The notes: generated from the letters alone by a model not told the origin. A DNA stretch of 52,192 nucleotides from a virus (IMGVR_UViG_3300016649_000397:1-52192), one strand, 5' to 3'. Counted from the stretch's first letter, positions 19,010-27,454 are shown. Made by a program: numbers and translations.

Positions 19010-19452
19010 AAAAAATTTTGCATAAGCATCTGATGATTAGAGGTCTTGCACAAAGACCACCAATGGATGCAGAAATTACGCACTATTGGCTAAAAAGTTT
19101 GGTTGAAAAAATCAATATGAAAATTATTCGTGGGCCATTTGTTTCTTATGTTGACGCACCAGGAAACAGGGGAACTACAGCTATTGTTATGATTGAAACT
19201 TCACATATTGCATTTCATGTTTGGGATGAAAAAGATCCAGCGTTGGTTCAGTTTGATCTCTACACCTGTTCAGAACTAAATATAGAAATTGTTCTTAAAG
19301 AAGTTGAAAATTTCTTTAAAATGAAAGACTATAAGTATTTGCTTTTTGACAGAGAAAATGATTTTATTCTCACCGATGGTTCTTTTTTAATTGAGACAAG
19401 CAATGACTTGGGCAAGATTATTTCTGATAAAATTTCAGATTATGACATCTAG
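19006..19452 (+). CDS. speD: S-adenosylmethionine decarboxylase-like proenzyme
   Basis: HKHLMI...GTTAIVMIETSHIAFHVW...FDLYTC. Confidence 0.75.
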   Translation: MKKILHKHLMIRGLAQRPPMDAEITHYWLKSLVEKINMKIIRGPFVSYVDAPGNRGTTAIVMIETSHIAFHVWDEKDPALVQFDLYTCSELNIEIVLKEVENFFKMKDYKYLLFDRENDFILTDGSFLIETSNDLGKIISDKISDYDI

Positions 19453-19460
19453 GAAATAAA

Positions 19461-19922
19461 ATGCAAAAAACTAATATCCACATTGAGCCATGGATTAATT
19501 CGTATATTCAAATTGTTAGAAGGAAAATAAATTTAACAGAATGGAAAATTGATTTAGCAAAAAAACCATGTCCTAGCGATTCTCTTGGCGAATGCGATAT
19601 TGTCTATGGGCAACATATTGCCACAATTTCTTTAAACAAGGGATATAAGAAAGAAAAACCAGATATATTAAGAAATACTGTTGTTCATGAATTACTCCAT
19701 TGCTATCTTGCTCCGGTTACAGAAGCAGCAAGTCAGGTTATGGAACCATTTGAGGAAGACATTCATGGTAGAAAAATAGTTCAAGCTACAGCCAATGCAA
19801 TAGAATATCAAATAGAAAGAGTTATTGACAGGCTTGCAGAAATTATTTCCCCAAGTATGCCGTTACCAAAAATGCCAAATCCAAAAAAAAGAAAAGTAAA
19901 GAAAAAAAATAAAAGGAGATAA
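19461..19922 (+). CDS. HEXXH metallopeptidase-like protein
   Basis: TVVHELLHC motif plus a downstream E; basic tail. Confidence 0.55.
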   Translation: MQKTNIHIEPWINSYIQIVRRKINLTEWKIDLAKKPCPSDSLGECDIVYGQHIATISLNKGYKKEKPDILRNTVVHELLHCYLAPVTEAASQVMEPFEEDIHGRKIVQATANAIEYQIERVIDRLAEIISPSMPLPKMPNPKKRKVKKKNKRR

Positions 19923-19983
19923 CCTCTTATAGCGAAATTGTCATGCATTAACTAATACATATAGAGATAAAAATATAAAAAAT

Positions 19984-20065
19984 GGGCTAGTGTCGAAATA
20001 GGCAGACGAGACTCGCTTAAAACGAGTTGCCAACAGGCGTGTGGGTTCGATTCCCTCCTAGCCCA
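19984..20065 (+). tRNA. tRNA-Leu(TAA)
   Basis: GGGCTAG/CTAGCCC acceptor stem; ACTCG-CTTAAAA-CGAGT anticodon arm; long variable arm; GTTCGA T-loop. Confidence 0.9.
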
Positions 20066-20073
20066 CAATTATT

Positions 20074-20146
20074 GCCCCTGAAGCATATTTGGCTATGCAC
20101 TTCACTTGTAATGAAGAGATAGTGAGTTCGAATCTCACCTGGGGCT
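20074..20146 (+). tRNA. tRNA-Thr(TGT)
   Basis: CTTCA-CTTGTAA-TGAAG anticodon arm; GTTCGAATC T-loop; one acceptor-stem mismatch. Confidence 0.85.
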
Positions 20147-20187
20147 CAAATAATAGTCGGTCGCTGGGCTGTTATTATAAGATAAAT

Positions 20188-20227
20188 TAATGAGGTGGTC
20201 GCAGGTTCAAGTCCTGCATCGGGCTCA
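20188..20227 (+). pseudogene. Orphan 3' half of a tRNA
   Basis: GGTCGCAGGTTCAAGTCCTGC T-arm plus a 3' acceptor-like strand; no matching 5' half upstream. Confidence 0.55.
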
Positions 20228-20237
20228 AAGGAGGTAT

Positions 20238-20834
20238 ATGTTTATTCCAGATAATATGGCTAGTCATATTCAAAAAATTTTTGCTGGTGAATATGAAGTT
20301 CCATTTGCTACACCCAATCCTGTAATTTTTGATGTCGGCGCAAATATTGGTGGTTTTACCAGATGGGCTAATGCAAGATGGGCAAATGCACAAATTGTTT
20401 GTTTTGAACCGATCAAGTCAAACTTTGAAATGCTAAAGAAAAATACTTCTGATATGAATAATGTTCAGCTATTTAATGTAGGACTTGGCTCCAGTGATAG
20501 AAAGCAAAAAATGTATTATGGTAAAAATAATATTGGTGAAGCAAGTCTATTTAAAACAAATGAGCAAATTGATGATGGAGAAGAAGTTGATATTGTTTCA
20601 GCAGCACAATTGCCACAATGCCATATTATGAAGATTGATACAGAGGGGGCTGAAATTGAAATCCTTGAAATATATGAACATAATCCAGCAGTGTATCTGA
20701 TTGAATACCATTCAGAAGAAAATCGGTTAAAGATTGCCAATTTACTAAAAGATAAATATATCCTTGTCGGTATAAAAGCCGACAAGCCAAATTATGGTAT
20801 TGTAAAATACGCACTTAGAGAATTGGTGAAATAA
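20238..20834 (+). CDS. FkbM-family SAM methyltransferase
   Basis: IFDVGANIG, CFEP, MKIDTEGAE; AAGGAGG RBS before MFIP. Confidence 0.85.
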   Translation: MFIPDNMASHIQKIFAGEYEVPFATPNPVIFDVGANIGGFTRWANARWANAQIVCFEPIKSNFEMLKKNTSDMNNVQLFNVGLGSSDRKQKMYYGKNNIGEASLFKTNEQIDDGEEVDIVSAAQLPQCHIMKIDTEGAEIEILEIYEHNPAVYLIEYHSEENRLKIANLLKDKYILVGIKADKPNYGIVKYALRELVK

Positions 20835-20838
20835 CTAT

Positions 20839-20914
20839 TGGCGAGTAGCTCAGTTGGCAGAGCAAGGGACTGTTAATCCCTGTGTCGCAGGTTCGAGCCC
20901 TGCCTCGCCAGCCA
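20839..20914 (+). tRNA. tRNA-Asn(GTT)
   Basis: AGGGA-CTGTTAA-TCCCT anticodon arm; encoded CCA. Confidence 0.92.
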
Positions 20915-20915
20915 A

Positions 20916-20988
20916 GCGCCTTTAGCTCAGTGGTTAGAGCAAAATGCTTATAATATTTAGGTCGCGGGTTCAATTCCCGTAGGGCGCA
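20916..20988 (+). tRNA. tRNA-Ile(TAT)
   Basis: AAATG-CTTATAA-TATTT anticodon arm; canonical D and T arms. Confidence 0.85.
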
Positions 20989-21006
20989 CTGTGATATAAT
21001 TATTTT

Positions 21007-21411
21007 ATGTACGAGTACCGTGTGAAAAAATTATATAAAGTTGTTGATGGAGACACCATTGATGTTGATATTGATCTGGGGTTTGATATCTCCCTGTTTC
21101 AAAGGGTTCGTTTGGCTGGAATTGACACACCAGAGTCAAGAACTAAAGATGTTTATGAAAAGAAGCTTGGTCTTGAAGTAAAAGAAAAATTGAATGATCT
21201 TTTAAAGAATGCAACCAAGATTGTTATCAAAACAGAAAAACCAGATTCAACAGAAAAATATGGCAGAATTTTGGGCTGGCTGTTTGTGGATGATGGCAAA
21301 TTATCAATTAATGAACAATTGATAAAAGAGGGTTACGCTTGGGAATATATGGGCGAGACAAAAGTTAAAAATTTTGAACTTTTAGAGAAACGCCGAAAAA
21401 AGAATGCCTGA
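21007..21411 (+). CDS. Thermonuclease (SNase-like)
   Basis: VVDGDTI, VRLAGIDTPE, KYGRILG motifs. Confidence 0.88.
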   Translation: MYEYRVKKLYKVVDGDTIDVDIDLGFDISLFQRVRLAGIDTPESRTKDVYEKKLGLEVKEKLNDLLKNATKIVIKTEKPDSTEKYGRILGWLFVDDGKLSINEQLIKEGYAWEYMGETKVKNFELLEKRRKKNA

Positions 21412-22180
21412 GCTAAACGCTTCTATCCCACCCATTGAATGCTATGTGCGTGGCAACTTTCTAAGAAATCAAGTAGATAGTCACAATTTGAAATTTCCGT
21501 GCGTAATATTCGGTGTGGCTTCCATCCCCGACAGAACGCCCGCATTTCATTTTCTAATGGAAGATGGCGGGGTTTGGTGGAGAGCACCTATAAATGCGTT
21601 CTGCGCCCGCCCAGACGCGCCTGAGGTTGATTTAAAAGATCTGGTCATGTGGAACAGTTTCTCATCCCACATCACCGTCACCGTTTTTGAGCACATGCGG
21701 GGCATGGCAATGACATACATTGATCGGCATAAACAGAAAGTTAATGGCAAATATATGTTTACCCTCGATTGGCACACTCCAGATATTAATATCCTTGATA
21801 CCGGGTATTCGGTAAATCCGGGGCAGCATAAATGTGGGCATGTAATCGAGCGGGAAGATGGTAACTATGCCATACAGCCAAATAATCGGATTAGATTATG
21901 GGATCCTTCATATACCACAAAGAAGGGTGAGAATCTTATTGATAGATTAATCAATGAAACATTATGGGATGTTGAAGATGGTGACAAATGGCTTACCTCA
22001 GATGACAACAGATATGATTACGAAGTGGTGGCCAAAAAAGATACTAACAAACCCACAGAACCCACAGGATTCACACAGTCCACAGAAGCCCTTGTGGTTG
22101 AATCAAACATTACCTATAATCAACCATTCCATGGAGCGTTTTATGATCAAGAGAGAACTAATGAGTGGTACTGGAAATAA
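21404..22180 (+). CDS. Phage hypothetical protein
   Basis: 258-aa ORF overlapping the nuclease stop codon. Confidence 0.7.
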   Translation: MPELNASIPPIECYVRGNFLRNQVDSHNLKFPCVIFGVASIPDRTPAFHFLMEDGGVWWRAPINAFCARPDAPEVDLKDLVMWNSFSSHITVTVFEHMRGMAMTYIDRHKQKVNGKYMFTLDWHTPDINILDTGYSVNPGQHKCGHVIEREDGNYAIQPNNRIRLWDPSYTTKKGENLIDRLINETLWDVEDGDKWLTSDDNRYDYEVVAKKDTNKPTEPTGFTQSTEALVVESNITYNQPFHGAFYDQERTNEWYWK

Positions 22181-22376
22181 ATATAATCCCGGAATTTATA
22201 TTAATGGGCATTATATTAATCCAAGGTATTTATTGTCTGCGACAACTGAAGAAAATTTAAAACCCGGATTTTTAGATAAAAGTTGTGATACAATGGAATT
22301 GGCTGATCCTGAGTGATCACGCTACTTGGGACCGTTATAGTTGCATTTGCCCAAGGGGTCGATATTTAAGACCCGG

Positions 22377-22415
22377 CCTGTCTTGTCACCCCGATTTTTG
22401 ACAAGGCAGGTTTTT
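22377..22415 (+). terminator. Intrinsic terminator ending the rightward operon
   Basis: CCTGTCTTGTCA...TGACAAGGCAGG followed by TTTTT. Confidence 0.7.
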
Positions 22416-22487
22416 ATTCTGACCCGATTATGTGAAAAATTTGAGTAAATATTTGTAGAGGGTTATGCATCATTTCAGGGGTGGGGG

Positions 22488-22501
22488 CGAACGTGTGTTC
22501 G
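22488..22501. promoter_or_regulatory. LexA (SOS) box, Gram-positive/actinobacterial type
   Basis: Perfect CGAAC-GTGT-GTTCG. Confidence 0.65.
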
Positions 22502-22592
22502 GGGGGGTCAATAGGGGTAGGTAAGCCATTTCGTCAGATTATGGGCTAGCGAAACCCTTATGGAATAAGGGTTTTAGGGTAGTTTCGTTGAC

Positions 22593-22621
22593 TTGCGGTA
22601 ATCTTGCGGGGTTGCTAGTGT
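22593..22621 (+). promoter_or_regulatory. Sigma70-type promoter
   Basis: TTGCGG-17 nt-TAGTGT with TGn extension. Confidence 0.55.
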
Positions 22622-22667
22622 CTTGGGCGGTGGCAATACCGCCACCCCAACCAAGTGAGGTAATCCA

Positions 22668-23096
22668 ATGAGTAAGAAGCCAACAGCCACCAAGCGCAAG
22701 GGTTCGGGTACGCCCGAAGCCAAGCGAATGACGGCAGTAGTCAAGGCGAAGCAAGAAGCCAACGGTAAGGCGAGGGTCAAGAAGCACTATCTGACCCCCT
22801 ACTTGCTAGAAGCGGTGGCGAAGGTTCTCACCCTGCCCCGCATTACCAAGCCCGAAGCCCGCAACAGCGATAGCGTCGTCGTTATTGACGCTCGCAAGGT
22901 TGTGCGGACAGTCAAGCCGTCGCTAGTCATCCGCCCAGACAATACCGTTCGGGCTCGCCTCATCTCGCTAGCGGGCATCAAGGGAATGAGCAAGGTTGGC
23001 GAGGTTGGATACCTTCGCCTTCTGCCGAATAATCACCCCGACATTGCTAAGGGTACGGATGAGGCGTACCAAGTGATACTGTTCCACGCCAAGTAA
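22668..23096 (+). CDS. Basic protein, family A copy 1
   Basis: RPDNTVRAR motif; GAGG RBS; own promoter and terminator. Confidence 0.8.
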   Translation: MSKKPTATKRKGSGTPEAKRMTAVVKAKQEANGKARVKKHYLTPYLLEAVAKVLTLPRITKPEARNSDSVVVIDARKVVRTVKPSLVIRPDNTVRARLISLAGIKGMSKVGEVGYLRLLPNNHPDIAKGTDEAYQVILFHAK

Positions 23097-23115
23097 TCCC
23101 CCCCCAACCCCCCCG

Positions 23116-23150
23116 CCCCCCGCCCGCCCGCAAGGGTAGGCGGGGGGTTC
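23116..23150 (+). terminator. GC hairpin with GCAA tetraloop
   Basis: CCCCCCGCCCGCCC-GCAA-GGGTAGGCGGGGGG. Confidence 0.6.
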
Positions 23151-23325
23151 GGCGTTATGGGGCAAGTCGATCGGCAGCTCGCCCCGGTCGCCCAACACGC
23201 CCAGCGTAACATTACAGATTATGGTCTCATTTTTAGTGTGTGTAATATTACGACACCAAACTCTACAACGTCTCTGAGTGTCTCATTTTTAACACGTAAT
23301 ATTACTAACCCTTTCACTTTATGAC

Positions 23326-23354
23326 TTGCAATCCCCGTGTAAGTTTAGTAGGCT
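23326..23354 (+). promoter_or_regulatory. Sigma70-type promoter
   Basis: TTGCAA-17 nt-TAGGCT. Confidence 0.6.
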
Positions 23355-23388
23355 GGTAGTAGGGTAATCAACAAGAAAGGACAGCCCT

Positions 23389-23586
23389 ATGATAAAAGAA
23401 AGTGCAATTATCCCGATGAAAGGCTCACTTCGTGGAATTGTTGTAACAGGCAACATTCTGCAACTCTGGTACTCGTCACCAACAGGTGATAGTTCGGATG
23501 TTTGCATTCACGAATTGACCTGCATCAACAACGCCCAAGCCAATACAATTGGCGAAATGCACCTGCGAGTCTGGAATCTCATCTAG
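23389..23586 (+). CDS. Small hypothetical protein
   Basis: AGAAAGG RBS; upstream promoter. Confidence 0.6.
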   Translation: MIKESAIIPMKGSLRGIVVTGNILQLWYSSPTGDSSDVCIHELTCINNAQANTIGEMHLRVWNLI

Positions 23587-23629
23587 ACTCTCAACGACCC
23601 CAACAACCTCACCCAAGAAAGGGGGAAAA

Positions 23630-23731
23630 ATGGAACTCACCATCAACATAAGCGAGTATGTCTCTTACTCGCTCATTGTTGCCAGCGTGGTGATAGTTAG
23701 TCTTATCGCCGTGCTTCGCAACCGTAAGTAA
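23630..23731 (+). CDS. 33-aa single-TM peptide
   Basis: AGAAAGGGGG RBS; MELTINISEYVSYSLIVASVVIVSLIAVLRNRK; terminator follows. Confidence 0.55.
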   Translation: MELTINISEYVSYSLIVASVVIVSLIAVLRNRK

Positions 23732-23735
23732 TTCT

Positions 23736-23782
23736 AGAAACCCCGACACTTGTTATTTTGAGTGCCGGGGTTTCTTATTGTT
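23736..23782 (+). terminator. Intrinsic terminator
   Basis: AGAAACCCCGACACTT...GAGTGCCGGGGTTTCT then TATTGTT. Confidence 0.65.
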
Positions 23783-23945
23783 ACGTATGTGTAATTTTAC
23801 AAGATCTAACCCTTTATGCTGTAATATTACCGCGGGTGGAGCTGCCCAGTTTACGTAGCAGACGCACCCGTTAGAATAAAAGTCCTATCTCTAGACATTT
23901 AGTACGCGCGCTGTAATCTTACGCGGTGTACCATAAATGGGATAG

Positions 23946-23974
23946 TTGGTAATCTTTCGTGGCGGTGCTACACT
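23946..23974 (+). promoter_or_regulatory. Sigma70-type promoter overlapping a degenerate GTAATCTTTC box
   Basis: TTGGTA-17 nt-TACACT with TGn extension. Confidence 0.6.
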
Positions 23975-24022
23975 CGTAGCAACGAATCGCAACCCGCGAT
24001 TCACTCACAGAAAGATACAACG

Positions 24023-24502
24023 ATGGCAAAGAGCAACGGAAAGAAAGAGTGGCTGAATCTCATTCAGTCAGCCATTCAGAAAGTGAATCGCGTGCGCGCG
24101 AGTCAGCGCGCAAAGCAGATATACCTGAACCGTCACCTACTGAGCGCGATGGCGGTTGCGCTCTTTGAGCGACCCGCAATCGACGCGAGCGAGACAGATA
24201 CGCGCTCGTGGTGCTTTGCGAATCGTGCGGTGACTGTCTCGGTGGATTCACTCGTTCACCCGAATCACGCGAAGAAAGTCAGCATCGCTCGCCCCGATAA
24301 CACCGTGCGCGCGCGAATCGGTACTTTCGTCGAACTCGTGAGCGACAAAGCGGCAACGAAAGACCTGAACGCTCGCGAGCGCAAAGCACTCGCGATGATT
24401 CAGACTCTCACCTACTGCCGATTCATTCAGAACGGCTCGCCGGCGGCAAGTGACGAGAGCAACGCCGACGCAAAGAAAGTGTTCGTGATTCGCGTCAAGT
24501 AA
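24023..24502 (+). CDS. Basic protein, family A copy 2
   Basis: RPDNTVRAR motif; AGAAAG RBS. Confidence 0.8.
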   Translation: MAKSNGKKEWLNLIQSAIQKVNRVRASQRAKQIYLNRHLLSAMAVALFERPAIDASETDTRSWCFANRAVTVSVDSLVHPNHAKKVSIARPDNTVRARIGTFVELVSDKAATKDLNARERKALAMIQTLTYCRFIQNGSPAASDESNADAKKVFVIRVK

Positions 24503-24517
24503 TCACGCGCGCTCGGT

Positions 24518-24560
24518 AAGAGCCGCGGCACTCGCGAGAGTGTCGCGGCTCTTTCTCTTT
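24518..24560 (+). terminator. Intrinsic terminator with GNRA loop
   Basis: AAGAGCCGCGGCACTC-GCGA-GAGTGTCGCGGCTCTT then TCTCTTT. Confidence 0.75.
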
Positions 24561-24816
24561 GTACCGTCTTTCTCTTTCTGCCGCCGATCGACGTAGCACC
24601 GGGACACTTACCTATTCGCAAGTGTGTACCATTATTGCCCCGTACCATTAATGTCCCGCTATACGTAATATTACCAAGCGGTTCATAAGTTACAGGCAGG
24701 TAAGTTTAGTGTGCGTATCTCTTTATGGAGATCTATCTGGGATGTTTTTGCTGGAGTAATATTACATGGTCTCATTTCTTTAGTATGTAAGTTTACAAAG
24801 GCCCGAACTTTATGAC

Positions 24817-24845
24817 TTGTAATCGTTATTCATATCCGATATACT
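24817..24845 (+). promoter_or_regulatory. Sigma70-type promoter
   Basis: TTGTAA-17 nt-TATACT. Confidence 0.65.
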
Positions 24846-24883
24846 GAGCCTTGCCATATCCACCACCTACCGAAGGGATCCAT

Positions 24884-25060
24884 ATGAATGACTACCTAGT
24901 TCAGATACGCGAACCGCACAAGCGTTATCGCACCGTGCTACGAACGACTAGCGAAGCGCAGGCGCTGTTATATTACAGCGCTTACAATGTCGCTTACGGC
25001 GTTGCCAAGCGCATTATTCGTGGCAACGGCAAACTCGTCACTCGACTAGTCACTCACTGA
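24884..25060 (+). CDS. Small basic hypothetical protein (58 aa)
   Basis: GAAGGG RBS; promoter upstream; hairpin at 25071-25113 downstream. Confidence 0.6.
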   Translation: MNDYLVQIREPHKRYRTVLRTTSEAQALLYYSAYNVAYGVAKRIIRGNGKLVTRLVTH

Positions 25061-25259
25061 TTACACAGCAGTAAAGTTACACCGGGGAACCCCCTGCCCC
25101 GGTGTAGCTTTACAAGATACAGGTGTAATATTACCGCGGGCGTGTGGGGTCGCTACGCTGAGGAACACGCCCGTACCATTAATGGTACACATACGAAAAA
25201 GTTTAGTAAGCATTTGTAATCTTACACAAGTGTACCTTTTATGGTACATAAACAAATAC

Positions 25260-25298
25260 AAAAAAAATGCGGGGCATTTCTGCCCCGCACCTTTTTTG
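25260..25298 (-). terminator. Intrinsic terminator, possibly bidirectional
   Basis: TGCGGGGCA-TTTC-TGCCCCGCA flanked by A and T tracts. Confidence 0.75.
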
Positions 25299-25305
25299 GT
25301 ACTGC

Positions 25306-25728
25306 CTACACTCGGTACAAATACACCTTGTAGGCGTTTTCATTTGTCGGGTCGTTTGCGTCTGTCGTGCCATTCACTAGGTAGCGACAGTAGGCGACCT
25401 TTGCCACCTTGCCATTTACCTTACGCAAGGTCGCTAGACGCTGGCGTACGAAGTTTTCGGGTCGCAAGCACGACACTTTGCCCTTTTTGTTTTCGTGTGC
25501 GATTTTGCGAATGTCTACGATAGGCGCACCATTTGTGGCACACCACTCGCGAGCGTTTTTATCCGCTGGCATTTTCGACATTTCTAGTGCCTCACCGATA
25601 GCGAGGTTTAGCACCTTGCTATCGTAAATCGGTTTAGCACGAAGTTTTTTTAGTACCTTATTTGTCTTAGCGATACCACCGCTAAGCACCTTTGCGAAGG
25701 CTTGCGCCTTCTTTTTGTTTGTTGCCAT
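25306..25728 (-). CDS. Basic protein, family A copy 3
   Basis: RPENFVRQRL motif; GAAAGG RBS before MATNKK; promoter TTGCGT-17 nt-TATGAT. Confidence 0.8.
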   Translation of the reverse strand: MATNKKKAQAFAKVLSGGIAKTNKVLKKLRAKPIYDSKVLNLAIGEALEMSKMPADKNAREWCATNGAPIVDIRKIAHENKKGKVSCLRPENFVRQRLATLRKVNGKVAKVAYCRYLVNGTTDANDPTNENAYKVYLYRV

Positions 25729-25935
25729 TTTCGTTTGCCTTTCGTGAAGGTTCGCCCGTTGCGAACCGTTGCCTTCATCATAGCGTGTCGAAATCTTACA
25801 CGCAACCATACCATAAACGGTACACTGTAATTTTACACCTAAACATTTTTTTCACGTAATATTACCAAGCGGACTAATCTTACCTGCTTGTAATTTTTAG
25901 TAGATTTACTCTTTATGGAGAGTAAGTTTACTAAC

Positions 25936-26064
25936 TTACTCTTCGTCTGTCTTGCGCCACAACTCGTCGTAGAACTCATTACGGCGGTCGTGCCATTTTA
26001 GGTAGTAAGGATACACAAGATGAACGATTAGAACAGATGCGATAATAATGGCTATGTTTGTCAT
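25936..26064 (-). CDS. 42-aa leaderless single-TM peptide (not in the ORF track)
   Basis: MTNIAIIIASVLIVHLVYPYYLKWHDRRNEFYDELWRKTDEE; TTGTAA-17 nt-TAGAAT ends 6 nt before the ATG. Confidence 0.55.
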   Translation of the reverse strand: MTNIAIIIASVLIVHLVYPYYLKWHDRRNEFYDELWRKTDEE

Positions 26065-26315
26065 ACGTCCATTCTACTAAAATTACACAAGCATTACAAC
26101 CATCATTTGTAATCTTACATGATGGTGGGTGTAAGATTTACTTTTCTGGAAATCTTACACCCACAGGGTAATGTTACATGATAGGTCTAGATTGAATACG
26201 TAATTTTACACGGCCCATTTCTTTATGATGTGTGAACCTAATCTAATGCTGATAGACTGTCTCTAATGCCAACGTGGCAGGCAACCAATAGGTTGTAAAG
26301 TTACAGGAGACAACG

Positions 26316-26657
26316 ATGACAACATTCAGCGAACTAATGGAAGACACGACGCAGATGGTGAGTAGTCTTACGACACACTTCATCATCGCGCAACGCGCAT
26401 CGGGCATTGAGCGCGCAGAAGTATTACACACGGATAAGATTACGTCCGCGCTGGAATACCTGAGCAATCACGATGCCCCGACAGTATCCAACGCCGACGC
26501 GATGGAATACTTGGCAGAAATGATGACGCTGGTGAAGTGTGAGCGCGAAGCGGTGCGTAACTTTACCGCGATGGATGATACGCACGTCCGCGAGTTTCAG
26601 GAATGGTGCGACATCGTTATCGTCGGAATGCGACTGCTCGCCATAGTCGAAGAATAA
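26316..26657 (+). CDS. Acidic helical hypothetical protein
   Basis: AGGAG RBS; hairpin at 26665-26710 downstream. Confidence 0.7.
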   Translation: MTTFSELMEDTTQMVSSLTTHFIIAQRASGIERAEVLHTDKITSALEYLSNHDAPTVSNADAMEYLAEMMTLVKCEREAVRNFTAMDDTHVREFQEWCDIVIVGMRLLAIVEE

Positions 26658-26849
26658 CACGGCAGTAAACTTACGTCGAGGCTAGATGATTAGCCCCGGC
26701 GTAACTTTACACTATACCCGTGTAAGATTACGCGGGCGTAACTTTTGGGGGGTTGAAAAGTTACGCCCGCTGTAATGTTACGCAAATGTAAGGAAAATTT
26801 AGTACTCATTTGTAATTTTACAACAAAGAAAGTTTATGAAAGGGAAAAC

Positions 26850-26878
26850 CAAACACTTGTTCGCAAAACACACGTTCG
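26850..26878. promoter_or_regulatory. Two tandem near-consensus LexA boxes
   Basis: CAAACACTTGTTCG and AAAACACACGTTCG. Confidence 0.5.
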
Positions 26879-27105
26879 CCCTCAACCGTGTAATTTATCT
26901 AGTCTGACTAAAATTACGCGATGTAATTTTTCTAATTCGGTGTGTCTCCCGTCACACCCTCAAAAAGCCCCGATTCTATTGACTTTTTTGAGTGTCTATG
27001 AAGACTAGAATTACACAAAGCACTAGCGAAGTCTCCCTACCGCCACTAAGGTGATTACTAGTGAAGTCCGAACCCCAAGTAGGGCTCACTAGAAAGGCAA
27101 TTACA

Positions 27106-27387
27106 ATGGCAACCGACGACTTTGAGGTGGTAAGTGAAGATTCACTTACCTTCGCTAAGCGAGGTAGAAAGTCACAAGTGAGCCCCGCACTTGTGAAAAG
27201 CATCGGGGCACTCACCAAAGGCAAGGCGCTCGTCGTCAAGTCAATGGCAGTGAACCCGAACAGCCCAAAGGCAAAGACGGAAAAGGCAAAGTATTCCGCC
27301 ACACTCCGCCAAGCGGGCAAGCAAGCGGGCAAAAAGGTGCGAATTGGCTGGTCGCCTGCGGGGATTCCGCAAGTGACGCTAGCCTAA
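27106..27387 (+). CDS. Small basic protein, family B copy 1
   Basis: FEVVSEDSLTFAKRGRKS; AGAAAGG RBS. Confidence 0.8.
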   Translation: MATDDFEVVSEDSLTFAKRGRKSQVSPALVKSIGALTKGKALVVKSMAVNPNSPKAKTEKAKYSATLRQAGKQAGKKVRIGWSPAGIPQVTLA

Positions 27388-27397
27388 ACTAGCACCG

Positions 27398-27454
27398 AAG
27401 TAGTTTTACAGGCGCTCACTCCCCCCGCGCCTGTAAAATTACTTTTTTCTTTTT
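27398..27454 (+). terminator. Intrinsic terminator built from GTAAnnTTAC-type boxes
   Basis: AAGTAGTTTTACAGGCGC...GCGCCTGTAAAATTACTT followed by a T tract. Confidence 0.7.

Noticed and set aside
20190-20237. N-terminal extension of the FkbM ORF given in the ORF track
   Set aside because: It overlaps the tRNA remnant; a strong RBS supports the start at 20238
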